Shown piece by piece: positions 36,107 through 49,165 of a DNA stretch of 64,000 bases (its first letter is position 1; the number at the start of each line of letters is the position of its first letter). The DNA is taken from NCBI GenBank assembly GCA_951406725.2, contig OX597839.1:24428001-24492000 (forward strand), given 5' to 3'. The notes under the pieces were generated by a model. The model was not told the origin of the DNA, ran no database searches, and was given only the letters and a program-made list of their open reading frames with translations. This stretch comes from Octopus vulgaris (lineage: Eukaryota). The position numbers and the translations under genes were made by a program.

Positions 36107-37520
36107 TTCATGAGCAAGACACTTGATTTCCCATTGCTCCAGTTCACTCAGCCGTAGAAATGTGTTGCAACATCACTGGTGCCAAGCTGTATTGGCCCCT
36201 TTGCCTTTCCCTTGGATAACATCAGTGGAATGGAAAGGAGGGGAGGCTGGTATGCATGGGTGAACTGCTGGTCTGCCATAAACAACCTTACCCAGACTTG
36301 TGTCTCGGAGGGGAACTTTCTAGATGCAATCCCATGGTCATTCATAGCCAAAAGCGGGCCTTTTTGCCCGCTTTAACCATACTCGAAATGATGAGTGGCA
36401 AAGTTGACCTTGGCAGAATTTGATCTCAGACCATAACAACATAGAAGAAATACCACAAAGTAATTTTCCTGGGTCTCCAACGATTCTGCCAACACAACTA
36501 CACTTGGTCGTTCTGCTAATGGTGTTGGTTGGTCGTGAGGTCGGGGTGGGGGGCTGATGAAAATGATGGTGCTGACAATGATGTGGTGATGATGATGGTG
36601 ATATTGGTGATGAAGATAACAGTGATAACAGATGTTGATGATGATGATGACGATAGCTGTGGTAATGGTAATGACAGCAAAGATAACAGGGATGACAGTG
36701 GTGGTGGTCGTGGTGGCGAAGGCATACAATGGTGGTGATGACTATGTGATTCTGTAAATAATTATTTTATTGTAGACAGTGCCAGTGATGGTTTCGATAA
36801 CGATATTTATGGGGATGCTAACGGAGGTGATGGTGGTGGTGAGGATGATGATGATGATGTGATGATGACAGTGATAAGAGAGGGGAGCAGCAATGGTGGT
36901 GGTGGTGGTGGAAGTAATTGGAAATTGATAAATGATAGATTAAAGTCAAGATTTATCTGCGGATTAAAAGAAGTTTCAACATCGTGTGTGTGTGTGTGTG
37001 TAAATGTATATTTAACAAATGACAGTACATTATTGTGTGTTTGTGTGTGTAGGTCTGTTTGTGAGCAAGTGGAAGTATATAAAGAGAAAATAAATATTTA
37101 TTTATATTTGTGTGCATGTGTATACACAAATACACATATTCATTTACATATATATACATATACACACACACACATACACAAGTACATATACTGACTTACA
37201 TGCACACAGGTGTATGTGTATATAAATATATATATATATATATACACATCATTATATCATATATATATAAATATATATAGGCGCAGGAGTGGCTGTGTGG
37301 TAAGTAGCTTGTCTACCAACCACATGGTTCCGGGTTCAGTCCCACTGCGTGGCACCTTGAGCAAGTGTCTTCTACTATAACCTCGGGCCGACCAAAACCT
37401 TGTGAGTGGATTTGGTAGACCGAAACTGAAAGAAGCCCGTCGTATATATGTATATATCTATATGCGTGTGTGTGTTTGTGTTCATCCTTCACCTCAATCC
37501 CCGACTCCTACATTTATTTC

Positions 37521-37885
37521 ATCATCATCATCATCGTTTAACGTCCGTTTTCCGTGCTAGCACGGGTTGGACAGTTCGACCGGGGTCTGGGAAGCCAGGA
37601 GGCTGCACCAGGCTCCAGTCTGATCTGGCAGAGTTTCTACAGCTGGATGCCCTTCCTAACGCCAACCACTCCGCGAGTGTAGTGGGTGCTTTTTGCATGC
37701 CACCTGCACAGGTGCCAGGGGGGGGGGGGGGCCGGCATCAGCCACGATCGGCTGGAGCTTTTAACGTGCCACCGGCACGGAAGCCAGCCAAGGCGGCGCT
37801 GGCAACGGCCACGTTTGGATGGATCTTTTTACGTGCCACCGGCACAGAAGCCAGTCGGGGCGGCGCCGGCATCGGCCACGTTTGG
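37521..37885 (-). mobile_element. 3'UTR fragment of the RTE family with tandem hairpin units
   Basis: Same structure as 541-955. Confidence 0.7.
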
Positions 37886-37887
37886 AG

Positions 37888-37925
<38 letters not shown>

Positions 37926-38227
37926 CACGTGACCGACCAGACATCAGATGTTGTTACACATCGCTGTTCACAATGCGTTTGCACTGTTTTAGCCTTCGAA
38001 TGATGCCACCCTGCTGGCTAAGCGAGCAGGCCAACAGAAGAGTGGTGAAAGAGTACAGCAGGGATTCCCCCCCCCCTGCTGGAGCCTCGTGGAGCTTTTA
38101 GGTGTTTTCGCTCAATAAACACTCACAACGCCCAGTCTGGGAATCGAAACTGCGAGTCCGCATATATATATATATATATATATAGTATTAATAAAATAAA
38201 AAGATGGAATGTGTATTAGACTTTATT

Positions 38228-38268
38228 GAGTACATGTTTCAACCTGAGGTTCAGGTACTCATCATCTA
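38228..38268 (-). ncRNA. Degenerate hammerhead-like motif
   Basis: Minus strand TAG ATGATGA GT ACCTGA acc TCAGGT T GAAA CATG TA CTC; C3 mutated, palindromic CATG stem III. Confidence 0.35.
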
Positions 38269-38825
38269 TTTATACATTTTGTATAATTTTTCCATTATAT
38301 ATATGTAAATATACACACACACGTCAATATATTGGTATATACACACACACATGTGTGTGTATTTACGTATACATTTATTCTTTTACTTGTTTCAGTCATT
38401 TGACTGCAGCCATGCTGGAGCACCGCCTTTAGTCAAGCAAATCGACCCCAGGACTTATCATTCATTGTAAGCCTTTGTACTTATTCTATCAGTCTCTTTT
38501 GCCGGACTGCTAACTTACGGGAACGTAAACACACCAGTATCGGTTGTATGCATGCATAGACCACATCGTAAAGTGGTTGGCATTTGGAAGGGCATCCAGC
38601 TGCAAAACCCATGCCAAAACTGACCTCGGCCATGCTGATGCCATGTAAAAAGCACTCAGTCCAATCTGTGGGGTGACTGGTGTTAGGAAGGGCATCCAGT
38701 CGTAAAATCCATGCCAAAACAGATATAGAAAGTCTGGTGCAGGCTCCTGTCGAACTGTCCAACCCATGCCAACATGGAAAGCAGACAGATGATGATGGTG
38801 ATGATGTACACACATATATATATAT

Positions 38826-39058
38826 ATTTCTTTACTACCCACAAGGGGCTAAACACAGAGAGGACAAACAAGGACAGACAAAGGGATTTAGTCGATTACA
38901 TCGATCCCAGTGCGAAACGGGTACTTAATTTATCAACCCTGAAAGCATGAAAGGCAAAGTCGACCTCGGCGGAATTCGAACTCGGAACATAACGGCAGAC
39001 GAAATACGGCTGTGCATTTCGCCCGGCGTGCTAACGTGTCTGCCAGCTCACCACCTTC
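38826..39058 (-). mobile_element. SINE family C copy
   Basis: Colinear with 26258-26480; older relatives at 42740-43195 (+) and 36375-36495 (-). Confidence 0.85.
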
Positions 39059-39499
39059 ACACACATATATACTTTACTCTTTTACTTGTTTCAGTCATTT
39101 GACCATGTGGTTGGTAGACAAGCTACTTACCACCCAGCCACTCCTATATATATATCCATGTGAGTGTTATACTAACACATGATCACATGTGGGAATGTCC
39201 ATACACACATCTCTGATGCTAACAGTACAACAATTCTAAACAGACATAACAACAACAACAACCGTTGACACATCTATATTGGAATATAAAGACGACAAGA
39301 GATATCAATGAATATGTGTGTGTGTGTGTGTGAGTGTGTGTGTGTGTGTGTGTTGATGTTGGCAAACACTTGATCAGAAGACAAGCTACAAGTTTTGCGA
39401 TTCAGCTGAAGCCTACACATTCAGGAAATATGGTTCCCACCACTTCCATTCACATCAATCAAGCCATTCAAATGCACCTAGTGTGTGTGTGTGTGTGTA

Positions 39500-39902
39500 C
39501 CGCGCCTTCAGAAGGATATGATGGCCGAGTTTCTTTAACCCTTTAGTGTTTGCATTATTCTGCCAAAATTAATGCTTTTTTATCCACATTGCCTTGAACT
39601 AATCAGGCATTATCTTGGTGCTATGAGATTTTCATGAGGTAGCTGTTAATTTTTAAAACGATATTGTGGGGCTGGTGTGAGAGACCAGATCTGGCCAGTT
39701 TGAACATAAAACAGGCAGAATACTTTTGGCCGGATATGGCCGGTTTAAATGCTAAAGGGTTAAAGTGTTGAGTTTCACAGAGGCAATGTGGCCCAATTCT
39801 TTTCAAGCGTTGGGCCTCATGGACGTAATGACCAAGACCTTCGGCACTATGTTATGCTTGAGAAGAAAACCCATCGAGCCAAGCAAATTCCTTGTCATGC
39901 TA

Positions 39903-39949
<47 letters not shown>

Positions 39950-40165
39950 CTTTGTACTCCCTCCCCCCAATGTTTGACAGTGTCATGCTAATCGCACGTA
40001 AAATCACCCATTACACTCTTGGAGTGGTTGGCATTAGGAAGGGCATCCACCCATAGAAAACCATGCCAAATCAGACTGGAGTCTGGTGCAGCCTTCCAGT
40101 GTGCCAGCCCCAGTCAAACCATCCAACCCATGCCAGCGTGGACAACGGATGCTAAATGATGATAT
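39500..40165 (+). mobile_element. Decayed RTE 3' end interrupted by a MITE and a (TG)n tract
   Basis: GTGTTGAGTTTCACAGAGGCAATG / TTGGGCCTCA...ATGACC...ATGCTTGAGAAGA homologous to 36020-36106; 3'UTR at 39985-40165. Confidence 0.55.
39539..39759 (-). mobile_element. piggyBac-type MITE family 1 (221 bp), inserted in an RTE relic
   Basis: TTAA TSD, CCCTTTAG TIR, reverse orientation. Confidence 0.85.
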
Positions 40166-40185
40166 ATATATCCACACACACACAA

Positions 40186-40406
40186 CAGGGCGCTGAAAAG
40201 TGGCTGGCTTTAGGTAAAAGAAAATACAGGATGAGGATCAGTTAATTATGATTTTATCCAAAATATTCCCTTCCTCTCAGATTCACACACTTATTGCAGG
40301 GGTCCTTCAGTTTTTGTAAGCCCTGTGAAAGAACTGGGAAGGTTGGGCCTCCAACCAGTCCTTTCACGATACCCTTAAAGCCAGGAACTTTTCAGCACCT
40401 CCTTCT
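40186..40406. mobile_element. Tc1/mariner-type MITE
   Basis: GGGCGCTGAAAAGTGGCTGGCTTTA ... TAAAGCCAGGAACTTTTCAGCACC inverted termini. Confidence 0.6.
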
Positions 40407-41169
40407 ATATGTGTGCATACACATGTATATATTTTCATAATTTAAAATATCAAAATGTGTGTGTATGTGTATATATATACACTCACACATACACACACAC
40501 ACAGACATACATGCATACAGACACAAGTATATATTATTTAAGTCATTAGATTGTGGCCATGCTGGAGCCGTGCCTTGAATTCAAGTCAAACAAATCAACC
40601 CTAGTCTTTATTATTTTTATTTTCAAAAGCCTTTGTACTTATTCTATCAGTCTCTTTTGCTAATCTGCTAAGTTACAGTGACATAAACACAGCAACACCA
40701 GCTGTCAAACATTGGGGGGAGGGAGTACAAAGGAACACACACACACACATGTATACAACAGGTTTCTTACAGTTTCCATGGACCAAATTCACTTACAAGG
40801 CTTTGTTTGGCCCAAGGCTATAATAAAAAGCACTTGCCCAAGGTGCCACACAGTGGCACTGAACCCGTAACAATATGGTTGGGAAGCAAACTTCTTACCA
40901 TATAGCCACACCTGCACCTGTATATACACAGGTGTATGGTTGTGCACCTGTACGTGCTTTCATATACACCCATGTGCTTGCTAACATTTATGCGTCTCCC
41001 ACATTCAGTGAGGTAGAAACAGTGGAAGAAGCAGTGTCAACAAAACGGTCCTCTCACCTCATGCCTTCAGAAGGTTACAAGAGATCCCTCGCTCGCAAAA
41101 CAGTGAAATGTTAGCAACAGGAAAAGCATCCATCTGTAAAACCAATGCCCCAATAAAATACTTTGTACC

Positions 41170-41927
41170 CCAGGGGTTCTCAGCTTTTTTTTTTTGCTAA
41201 GGGATTCCTTTGATTCCAATTTTACTAAGATGGACCCTCCTTAGCCATTTGGACTCTTAACCCTTTCATTACCAACCTGGCTGAAATCACCTCTGGCTCT
41301 GTAGTATAAATGCCTTGTTTTCAAAAGTTCTGAATTAAAATCCTCCACCAAACCTTAGTCACAATTTATGTCCCTAACACTAGCTTAATGATAATATTTT
41401 ACTAAATTCTTTGTTATATCTAAAATTAATCGGAAAAAAAAAAACAGAGCCTCTCAACAGAAATATGGTAACAAAAGGGTTAAAGACAGTCAGTCAAATG
41501 TGTCTTCAATTTTCACAAGATTTGGCTGCTATTTCTAACAAGTGAAACAAAATCTGCAAATTAACCCTTTTGATACCAACCCGGCTGAAACCACTTCTGG
41601 CTCTGTAGTACAAATGTCTTGCTTTCAAAAGTTCTGAATTAAAATCATCCACCAAACCTTAGTCACAATTTAGGTTCCTAACACTGTCTTAATGATAGCT
41701 AAGATATTTTACAAAAGTCTTTGTTATATTTAAAATAATCGAAAGAAACACAGAGCATCTCAACAGGAATCTGGTAACAAACAAGTTAAACATCCTGTTG
41801 TTTTTACACTTAAATATTACTAGGAATTATCTAAAAGAGATATTTTGCAGACTGTACAAGTTTTACCAGTTTCTGGCAGATAAATTTTAACAAAATCTTA
41901 TACAGACCCCCAGTTCAGAACTAATGG
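41170..41927. mobile_element. Decayed hAT-type MITE hosting the MITE composite
   Basis: CAGGGGTTCTCAG at the left end; GACCCCCAGTTCAGAACTAATG at the right end. Confidence 0.45.
41261..41785 (-). mobile_element. Composite of two family-2 MITEs (41261-41479, 41565-41785) with the same 77-bp spacer
   Basis: Reverse complement of 7674-8201 including spacer; flanks unrelated. Confidence 0.8.
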
Positions 41928-42082
41928 TATGGAGAAAAGACTCAGGGTGTATGTGTGTGTGAAGAAAAGGTAGCTATCGCTCACTTCATTAGCCAGACCA
42001 GTGGTTCTCAACCATTTTTCACCTATAGACCCCTTTTGGTTCCTGTTGCTTTGAAAAAATCCCATTACATTTTTATGATTAA

Positions 42083-42302
42083 CCCTTTAGTGTTTAAACC
42101 GGCCATATCTGGCCCAGATATTCTACATGTTTTATATTCAAACTGGCCATATCCAGCCTCTCCCATCTAACCTACAGTGACATTCTTAAAATAAACAATC
42201 ATGTCACTGAAACCTCAAAGCTATAAGATAATGCATGATTAATTCAAAACAATTTGAGTGAAAAAATATTACATTTAACAGAATAATCTGAACACTAAAG
42301 GG
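42083..42302 (+). mobile_element. piggyBac-type MITE family 1, older copy
   Basis: TTAA|CCCTTTAG...CTAAAGGG|TAAA. Confidence 0.75.
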
Positions 42303-42396
42303 TAAAATACTATCGAGAATCTATATTTCAGAGATGAGGAATTATGTACACTATTTACACTGGACGGACAGGTGTCCCTACATTGTTTGTTGTTAC

Positions 42397-42438
42397 CACA
42401 GCATTTTGGCTGATGTACTCCCCAGCCTTCATCAGGTG
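42397..42438 (-). ncRNA. Degenerate minimal hammerhead (left arm of palindrome)
   Basis: Minus strand CAC CTGATGA A GGCTG gggagtacat CAGCC AAAA TG CT GTG (G12 mutated). Confidence 0.5.
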
Positions 42439-42520
42439 TTCTGGTGGAATTTTGAAACCAACCCTTTATTTGACTAATGGGATAGTCAAATAAAGGGTTG
42501 GGCTAGAAATTCCGCCGGAA

Positions 42521-42562
42521 CACCTGATGAAGGCTGGAGAGTACATCAGCCGATATGTTGTG
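42521..42562 (+). ncRNA. Degenerate minimal hammerhead (right arm of palindrome)
   Basis: CAC CTGATGA A GGCTG gagagtacat CAGCC GATA TG TT GTG (GAAA mutated to GATA). Confidence 0.55.
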
Positions 42563-42942
42563 GTAATAACAAACAAGGTGGGGGACACCTGTAATGTAAA
42601 TATTATTGGGAATTGTATAAAAAAAATTGCTGAAAGAGTTTGTGTATTGTTGAAGTATAACCAGATCATTGCAGATAAATGTGTGTCAGCCCTTGTGGCC
42701 AATAAAAAGAATAAATTATTATTATTATTATTATTATTATGGCAGCAAGCTGGCAGAGACATTAGCATGCTGGATAAAATTCTTGGCAGCATTTCTTCCA
42801 TCTTCGTGTTCAAATGACAACAAGGTCAACTTCACATTTCATCCTTTTTGGGTCAACAAAGTACCAGTCATGCTCTGGGGATGATGTAAGCAACTAAGAC
42901 TCCACCCTTAAATTTCAGGCCTTTACCCTATATAGTAGAAAG

Positions 42943-43002
<60 letters not shown>

Positions 43003-43755
43003 CAGAGTCTGAACCAATGTTTAGTAGCATTTCTACCAACTTTAGGTTCTGAGTTCAAATTCCACCAAGGTAGACGCTGCCATTCATTCATTGGGTTTGA
43101 TAAAATAAGTACCAGTCACACACTGGGAGTTGATGTAATCAACTAACCCCCAACCCCTAAAATTTCAGCTCTTGTGCCTACAGCAGAAAGGACTGTTAAG
43201 GGAGAGTACGGAACAAATTAACATCAAATTTTGATTAAAGATTTTAATTTCAATTACTTTAAAGCAATAAGTTTATGTCATATCATCGAAGCGAGGGTGG
43301 TCACAAAAGGAGTTGAACATCAATCAGGGTACATATCCACCCCACCTCAAACAAGCACCCAGAAACCAAGAATCTATAATTCACTTTAAGACGCCAACAT
43401 CAAACGTAAATGTCAGAAACTGATATCAACACTACTCAATCAATCAATCAATGTATCAATAATGATGAGGTAAATGGTTTGCTTGTGTCAATAAACGGTT
43501 TGGCCACAGTGTTTCAGTCAGCGTCAATTGATGCCAGAGTGGTGGTGGTGGATGGCCGGTGTGCTGGTCAGTCCAGTCAACCAGTAAACTTGGAGGAAAC
43601 GGTAGCTGTTGTGGTCACTCTTCAATTATCATTTATAAAAGATCAACCATTAGATGTTCCTCGTGTGCTCATAGCTAGGTGCCGTTGTGCGAATGCATGC
43701 ACAATTATATACACACATATACAGGCTGCGCAGTATAAATATATTATATACATAT

Positions 43756-43919
43756 GAGTGGCTGTGTGGTAAGTAGCTTGCTTACCAACTACATGGTTCC
43801 GGGTTCAGTCCCACAGCGTGGCACCTTGGGCATGTGTCTTCTACTATAGCCTCGGGCCGACCAAAGCCTTGTGAGTGGATTTGGTAGACGGAAACTGAAA
43901 GAAGCCCATCGTATATATG

Positions 43920-43966
<47 letters not shown>

Positions 43967-44388
43967 CCCCCTAGCATTGCTTGACAACCGATGCTGATGT
44001 GTTTATGTCCCCGTCACTTAGCGGAATAAGTACTGGGCTTACAAAGAATAAGTCGCGGGGTCAAGTTGCTCGATTAAAGGTGGTGCTCCAGCATGGCCGC
44101 AGACAAATGACTGAACCAAGTAAAAAAGAGTAAAAAAAAAAAGAGTATACACACACACTGGATGATAGATACTATATACATATATTCTTTTATTCTTTTA
44201 CTTGTTTCAGTCATTTGACTGCAGCCATGCTGGAGCACCGCCTTTAGTCAAACATTTCAACCCCAGAATTTATTCTTTGTAAGCATAGTACTTATTCTAT
44301 CAGTCTCTTTTGCCGAACTACTAAGTTACGGAGACATAAACACACCAGCATCAGTTGTCAAGTGATGTTGGGGGTGGTGGACAAACAC

Positions 44389-44457
<69 letters not shown>

Positions 44458-44665
44458 CATATATACACACACACGATGGGCAGTAGTGTGGGACACAGAC
44501 ACATGTATATATACACACATACAAAAAGCTTCTTACAGTTTCCATCTGCCAAATCCACTCGCAAGATTCTGGCCAGCCGGAAGCTATATTAGAAGACAAT
44601 TGCTCAGTAGGACTGAACCCAGAACCATGTGGTTGGGAAACATACTTCTTACCACAAAGTCACTG
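43756..44665. mobile_element. Tail-to-tail inverted pair of SINE family A copies
   Basis: 43756-44130 (+) and 44190-44665 (-). Confidence 0.85.
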
Positions 44666-45382
44666 TGTGTATGTGCCTCCTTGTCATAAGAAGTATTACA
44701 GTCATAAATGAGCATCACTATTATACATGCAGTCTCATTTTGTCCAATGTTCCCTGGAAACATGTCTACTGAAGCGAAATTACAACCATGCTTGGAAGCA
44801 AATGAAAGCAATAGACAGGGCACCAACTCGCAGAAAAGTCCATCTTCACAAATTCCAGCTGACCCACAGGACAATTAGTTCTCTTTTTTTCTGTCTGACA
44901 CAAAATACATTTTCCAAGCTGTTTGTGTCTTGACTTCTGCATCGATCAATCATATCTGATGGCTGAAGGAGTTTACACACACACACACTAGGATTAGCAA
45001 TACTGCTCACAATCATAAAAACCACAAAGGTCTCCAGACAGACAGCTGACGAGAGGGGATTTATTAGTTATTCCATTTCCTATGTGCTTCCATCCTTTGC
45101 ACTCTAATGTCTTCCATTTTTTTTTTTGACACTAATGCTCACAATATTTTCTTTTATTTAAATATACACAAACACATATACAAATATACACCCACAAACA
45201 TAGATAAGATGGCAATTGAAAACATCAGAACTGCCTTGCTGAGTTATAGGATAAGTGTGTGTGTATATGTAGCTGTGTAAGTGAACCAGACCATATAAAA
45301 TGTGAAGTTATACCCACATGTACACTTTGTCAACAGTCCAAGTAAGCTATACACACACACTAAACATGTGTGTGTGTGTATG

Positions 45383-45427
<45 letters not shown>

Positions 45428-45430
<3 letters not shown>

Positions 45431-46392
45431 TGGCTGTGTAGTAAGAAGCTCAATTTCCAACCACATGGCTCCGGATTTGATCCCACTATATGGCACCTTG
45501 GTCAAGTGTCCTTTGCTTTAGCCTCAAGCTGACCAAAGCCATGCGAGTGGATTTGGTAGACGGAAATTGAAAGAAGTTTGTTTGTCTGTGTTTGTCCCCG
45601 TAACTTAGTGGTTCAGCAAAACAGACCAATAGAATAAATACTAGGCTTACAAAGAATAAGTCCTGGGGTTGATTTGTTCAACTAAAGGTGGTGCTCCAGC
45701 ATGGCCACAGTCGAAGTGACTGAAACAGGTAAAAGTGTAAATTTACATACACACACCTTCCTTTTAACTTTTGTTTGTTATCAGAGAGTGGCCATGCTGG
45801 AGCATCACCTTGAAGAAGTTTAGTCAAATGAATCGACCCCAGAACTTATTTTCCTTAAGTCTGGTACTTATTTTATCAGTCTCTTTTGTCAAACTACTAG
45901 ATTACAGGGATGTAAACACACCAACACCGGTTGTCAAGAAGGGTGTGTGTGCGTGTGTATATATATGACAGGCTTCTTATTTTCCTTCTACCAAAGGCGC
46001 AGGAGTGGCTGTGTGGTAAGTAGCTTGTTTACCAACCACATTGTTCCGGGTTCAGTCCCACTGCGTGGCACCTTGGGCAAGTGTCTTCTACTATAGCCTC
46101 GGGCCGACCAAAGCCTTGTGAGTGGATTTGGTAGACGGAAACTGAAAGAAGCCCGTCGTATATATGTATATATATGCGTGTGTGTGTTTGTGTGTCTGTG
46201 TTTGTCCCCCTAACATTTCTTGACAACCGATGCTGGTGTGTTTACGTCCCCGTCACTTAGCGGTTCGGCAAAAGAGACAGATAGAGTAAGTACTGGGCTT
46301 ACAAAGAATAAGTCTCGGGGTCGATTTGTTCGACTAAAGGTGGTGCTCCAGGATGGCCGCAGTCAAATGACTGAAACAAGTAAAAGAGTAAA
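45428..46392. mobile_element. Cluster of three SINE family A copies (+,-,+)
   Basis: 45428-45735, 45765-45990, 45996-46392. Confidence 0.85.
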
Positions 46393-46566
46393 GAGAGTCG
46401 AAATATAATCTGGTATAGAACTCAATATGCTGAAAGAGATGTGCTATTCATGCTCACAAACAGCTCAGCTAAGGGTGAAACTCAATAAGTTCTCGAGTTT
46501 GATATATATATTCTTAGGTGCACACACATACATACATACATACGTATATATATATATATATATATA

Positions 46567-46957
46567 CTAGCGGTATCGCCCGGCGTTGCTCAGGTTTGTT
46601 TCAACCCTTTAGAATTGGAATTTTTGAAAAGTAAAAATTTTGCACTATGTAGCTTGTTATTCTCCTTAAGTGAACATTTTTCTGGTTGAAATACACCGAA
46701 AAATGGTGACGCAGCAATCAAAGTATCGTAAAAAATAGGGATTTTCATAGAAAAAAAACACCTTTTGATGTAAGTAATTTTTGGTATTAAAATGGTCCGA
46801 TTTGAATTTTTTCTTCTACGGAAGGAAGAGCAAGCCTTCTTTTATCATACTCTCAATTTTGGTCAACTTGTGCCGCAGGGGCTCAGAGGAGATCGTGTTA
46901 GTTGAAGGCTACCAAACCTGCCATACACAGACAACTTCAACTTTATATATAAAGAGA
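46567..46957 (-). mobile_element. Non-autonomous Helitron (~390 bp)
   Basis: Minus strand starts A|TC(TCTTTATATATAAAG), ends with hairpin CCTGAGCAACGCCGGG then CTAG|T; no TSD; homologous to 62290-63055. Confidence 0.8.
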
Positions 46958-47605
46958 TTGTGGCAGTGTAGTAAGAAGCTTGCTTCCCAACCATGTGATT
47001 GCAGGTTCAGTCCCATTGCATGGCACCTAGGGCAAGTGTTTTCTACTAGAGATAGCTCAGGTCAACCAAAGCCATGCGAGAGCATTTGGTAGATGGAAAC
47101 TGAAAGAAACCCGTCATATATATATCTGACTCGTCCCCGTGCTGGTGACACGTAAAAAGCACCCACTACACTCTCGGAGTGGTTAGTGTTAGGAAGGGCA
47201 TCCAGCTGTAGAAACACTGCGAAATCAAATTGGAGCTTGCCATTTCTCAGTCAAACTGTCCAACCCATGCCAGCAAGGAAAGCGGACATTAAACAACAAC
47301 GACGACAATGATATACATATATATATATGGATATATGTATCTCTGTATGTGTTTGTCCTTCCATCGCCACTTGACAACCGGTGTTGGTGTGTTTACATCC
47401 CCATAACTTAGCTGTTTGGCAAAAGACACCGATAGAATAAGTACTAGGCTTTAAAAAAGTCCAAGGGTTGATTTGTTCGACAAAAATCCTCCAAGTCGTT
47501 GCTCCAGCATGGCTGTAGTCAAATGACAAACAAGTAAAAGAATAAAAAATATGTGTGAGAGCATGTGTGTGCATATATATATATATATATATATGCATGT
47601 ATATA

Positions 47606-47645
<40 letters not shown>

Positions 47646-48188
47646 CATACATACATGCAATTACACAAACAGATATGTGTACATATATCTGTACCCATAT
47701 ATACATGTATGCACACAAACACACATATATATACACACACACACATGTATGCATATATATATACTCAGAAGCTTGTATAAAATATCCTTATATGTATATA
47801 TATATATATATATATACAAATGCCAGTATCTGTGCAAACATATATATGCTTGCATACATGTGTGTAGACACACTGCACACACACACACACATATATATAC
47901 ATTGCTCCAAGATAAATAATTGAAATCAATACAAATACAATCATATATACATCGCGAAGATCACTGTTCGTAACATGTCTCTACACAATCTACAGCCATA
48001 TACACCTGTAGTACACACACACACACATATATATACACACAGACGTATACCTAAGACCGAGTAAATGTTTGGAATAAAATTATGTGTGTGTGTGTGTGTT
48101 TTACTGTCTGTAAAATTATCAAGTCTTCATTATGAGACTAAGCACGTTTCTATATTATCTATATACATACACCTGCACACACAAACTC

Positions 48189-48219
<31 letters not shown>

Positions 48220-48372
48220 CATATACATACACACGCACACACGTACGTGAGCACATGAGTATAGGTGTATGTGTAATAGAATCATAGATATATATAGTTT
48301 AGACTGAGATAATTGATGGACAAATATTTTAATCAACCTTTCAGCATTGTGTATGATTGTGTACTGGCGCGA

Positions 48373-48404
<32 letters not shown>

Positions 48405-48407
<3 letters not shown>

Positions 48408-49165
48408 AGTGAAAGAGAGAGAAAGGGAAATAGAGACGTGAGTGGGGAAACATGGCAAAGCTCAGTAGAAATCCCTAAACTTAAGAGGAGCTAGGAACAC
48501 GTGTGTGTGTGTGTGCGTATACATATATATAAACGCGTCTGTGTGTATAGACGTGTCTGTATGCATGTATATAAACGTGTGTGTGTGTGTGAGTGAAAGA
48601 GAGAAAGGGAATTAGAGACGTGAATGGGGAAACATGGCAAAGCTCAGTAGAAATCCCTGAACTTAAAAGAGGAGCTAGAAACACACGTGTGTGTGTGTGT
48701 GTATGTGCGCGTATGCATGTATATAAACGCGTCTGTGTGTATATACGTGTCTGTATGCATGTATATAAATGTGTGTGTGTGTGTGTGAGTGAAAGAGAGA
48801 GAAAGGGAAATAGAGACGTGAATGGAGAAACATGGCAAAGCTCAGTAGAAATCCCTGAACTTAAAAGAGGAGCTAGGAAACACACGTGTGTGTGTGTGTG
48901 TGTGCGCGTATGCATGTATATAAACGCGTCTGTGTGTATATACGTGTCTGTATGCATGTATATAAATGTGTGTGTGTGTGTGTGTGAGTGAAAGAGAGAG
49001 AAAGGGAAATAGAGACGTGAATGGAGAAACATGGCAAGGCTCAGTAGAAATCCCTAAACGTAAAAGAGGAGCTAGGAACACACGTGTGTGTGTGTGTGTG
49101 TGTATGCATGTATATAAACGCGTCTGTATGTGTGTGTGTGTGCATAAGTGTGAGATAAGGAAATA
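48405..49165. repeat. ~185-200-bp tandem repeat, 4 copies
   Basis: GAGTGAAAGAGAGA...AAACATGGCAAAGCTCAGTAGAAATCCCT...GAGGAGCTAG at ~48405, 48589, 48785, 48984. Confidence 0.9.

Larger units (their letters stand above)
42320..42605. mobile_element. Fold-back element with two outward-facing hammerheads
   Basis: Centre AACCCTTTATTTGACTA atggga TAGTCAAATAAAGGGTT; arms ~125 bp. Confidence 0.6.

Noticed and set aside
43410-43757. 115-aa non-repetitive ORF
   Set aside because: No recognisable domain or splice signals; opposite strand to the gene.
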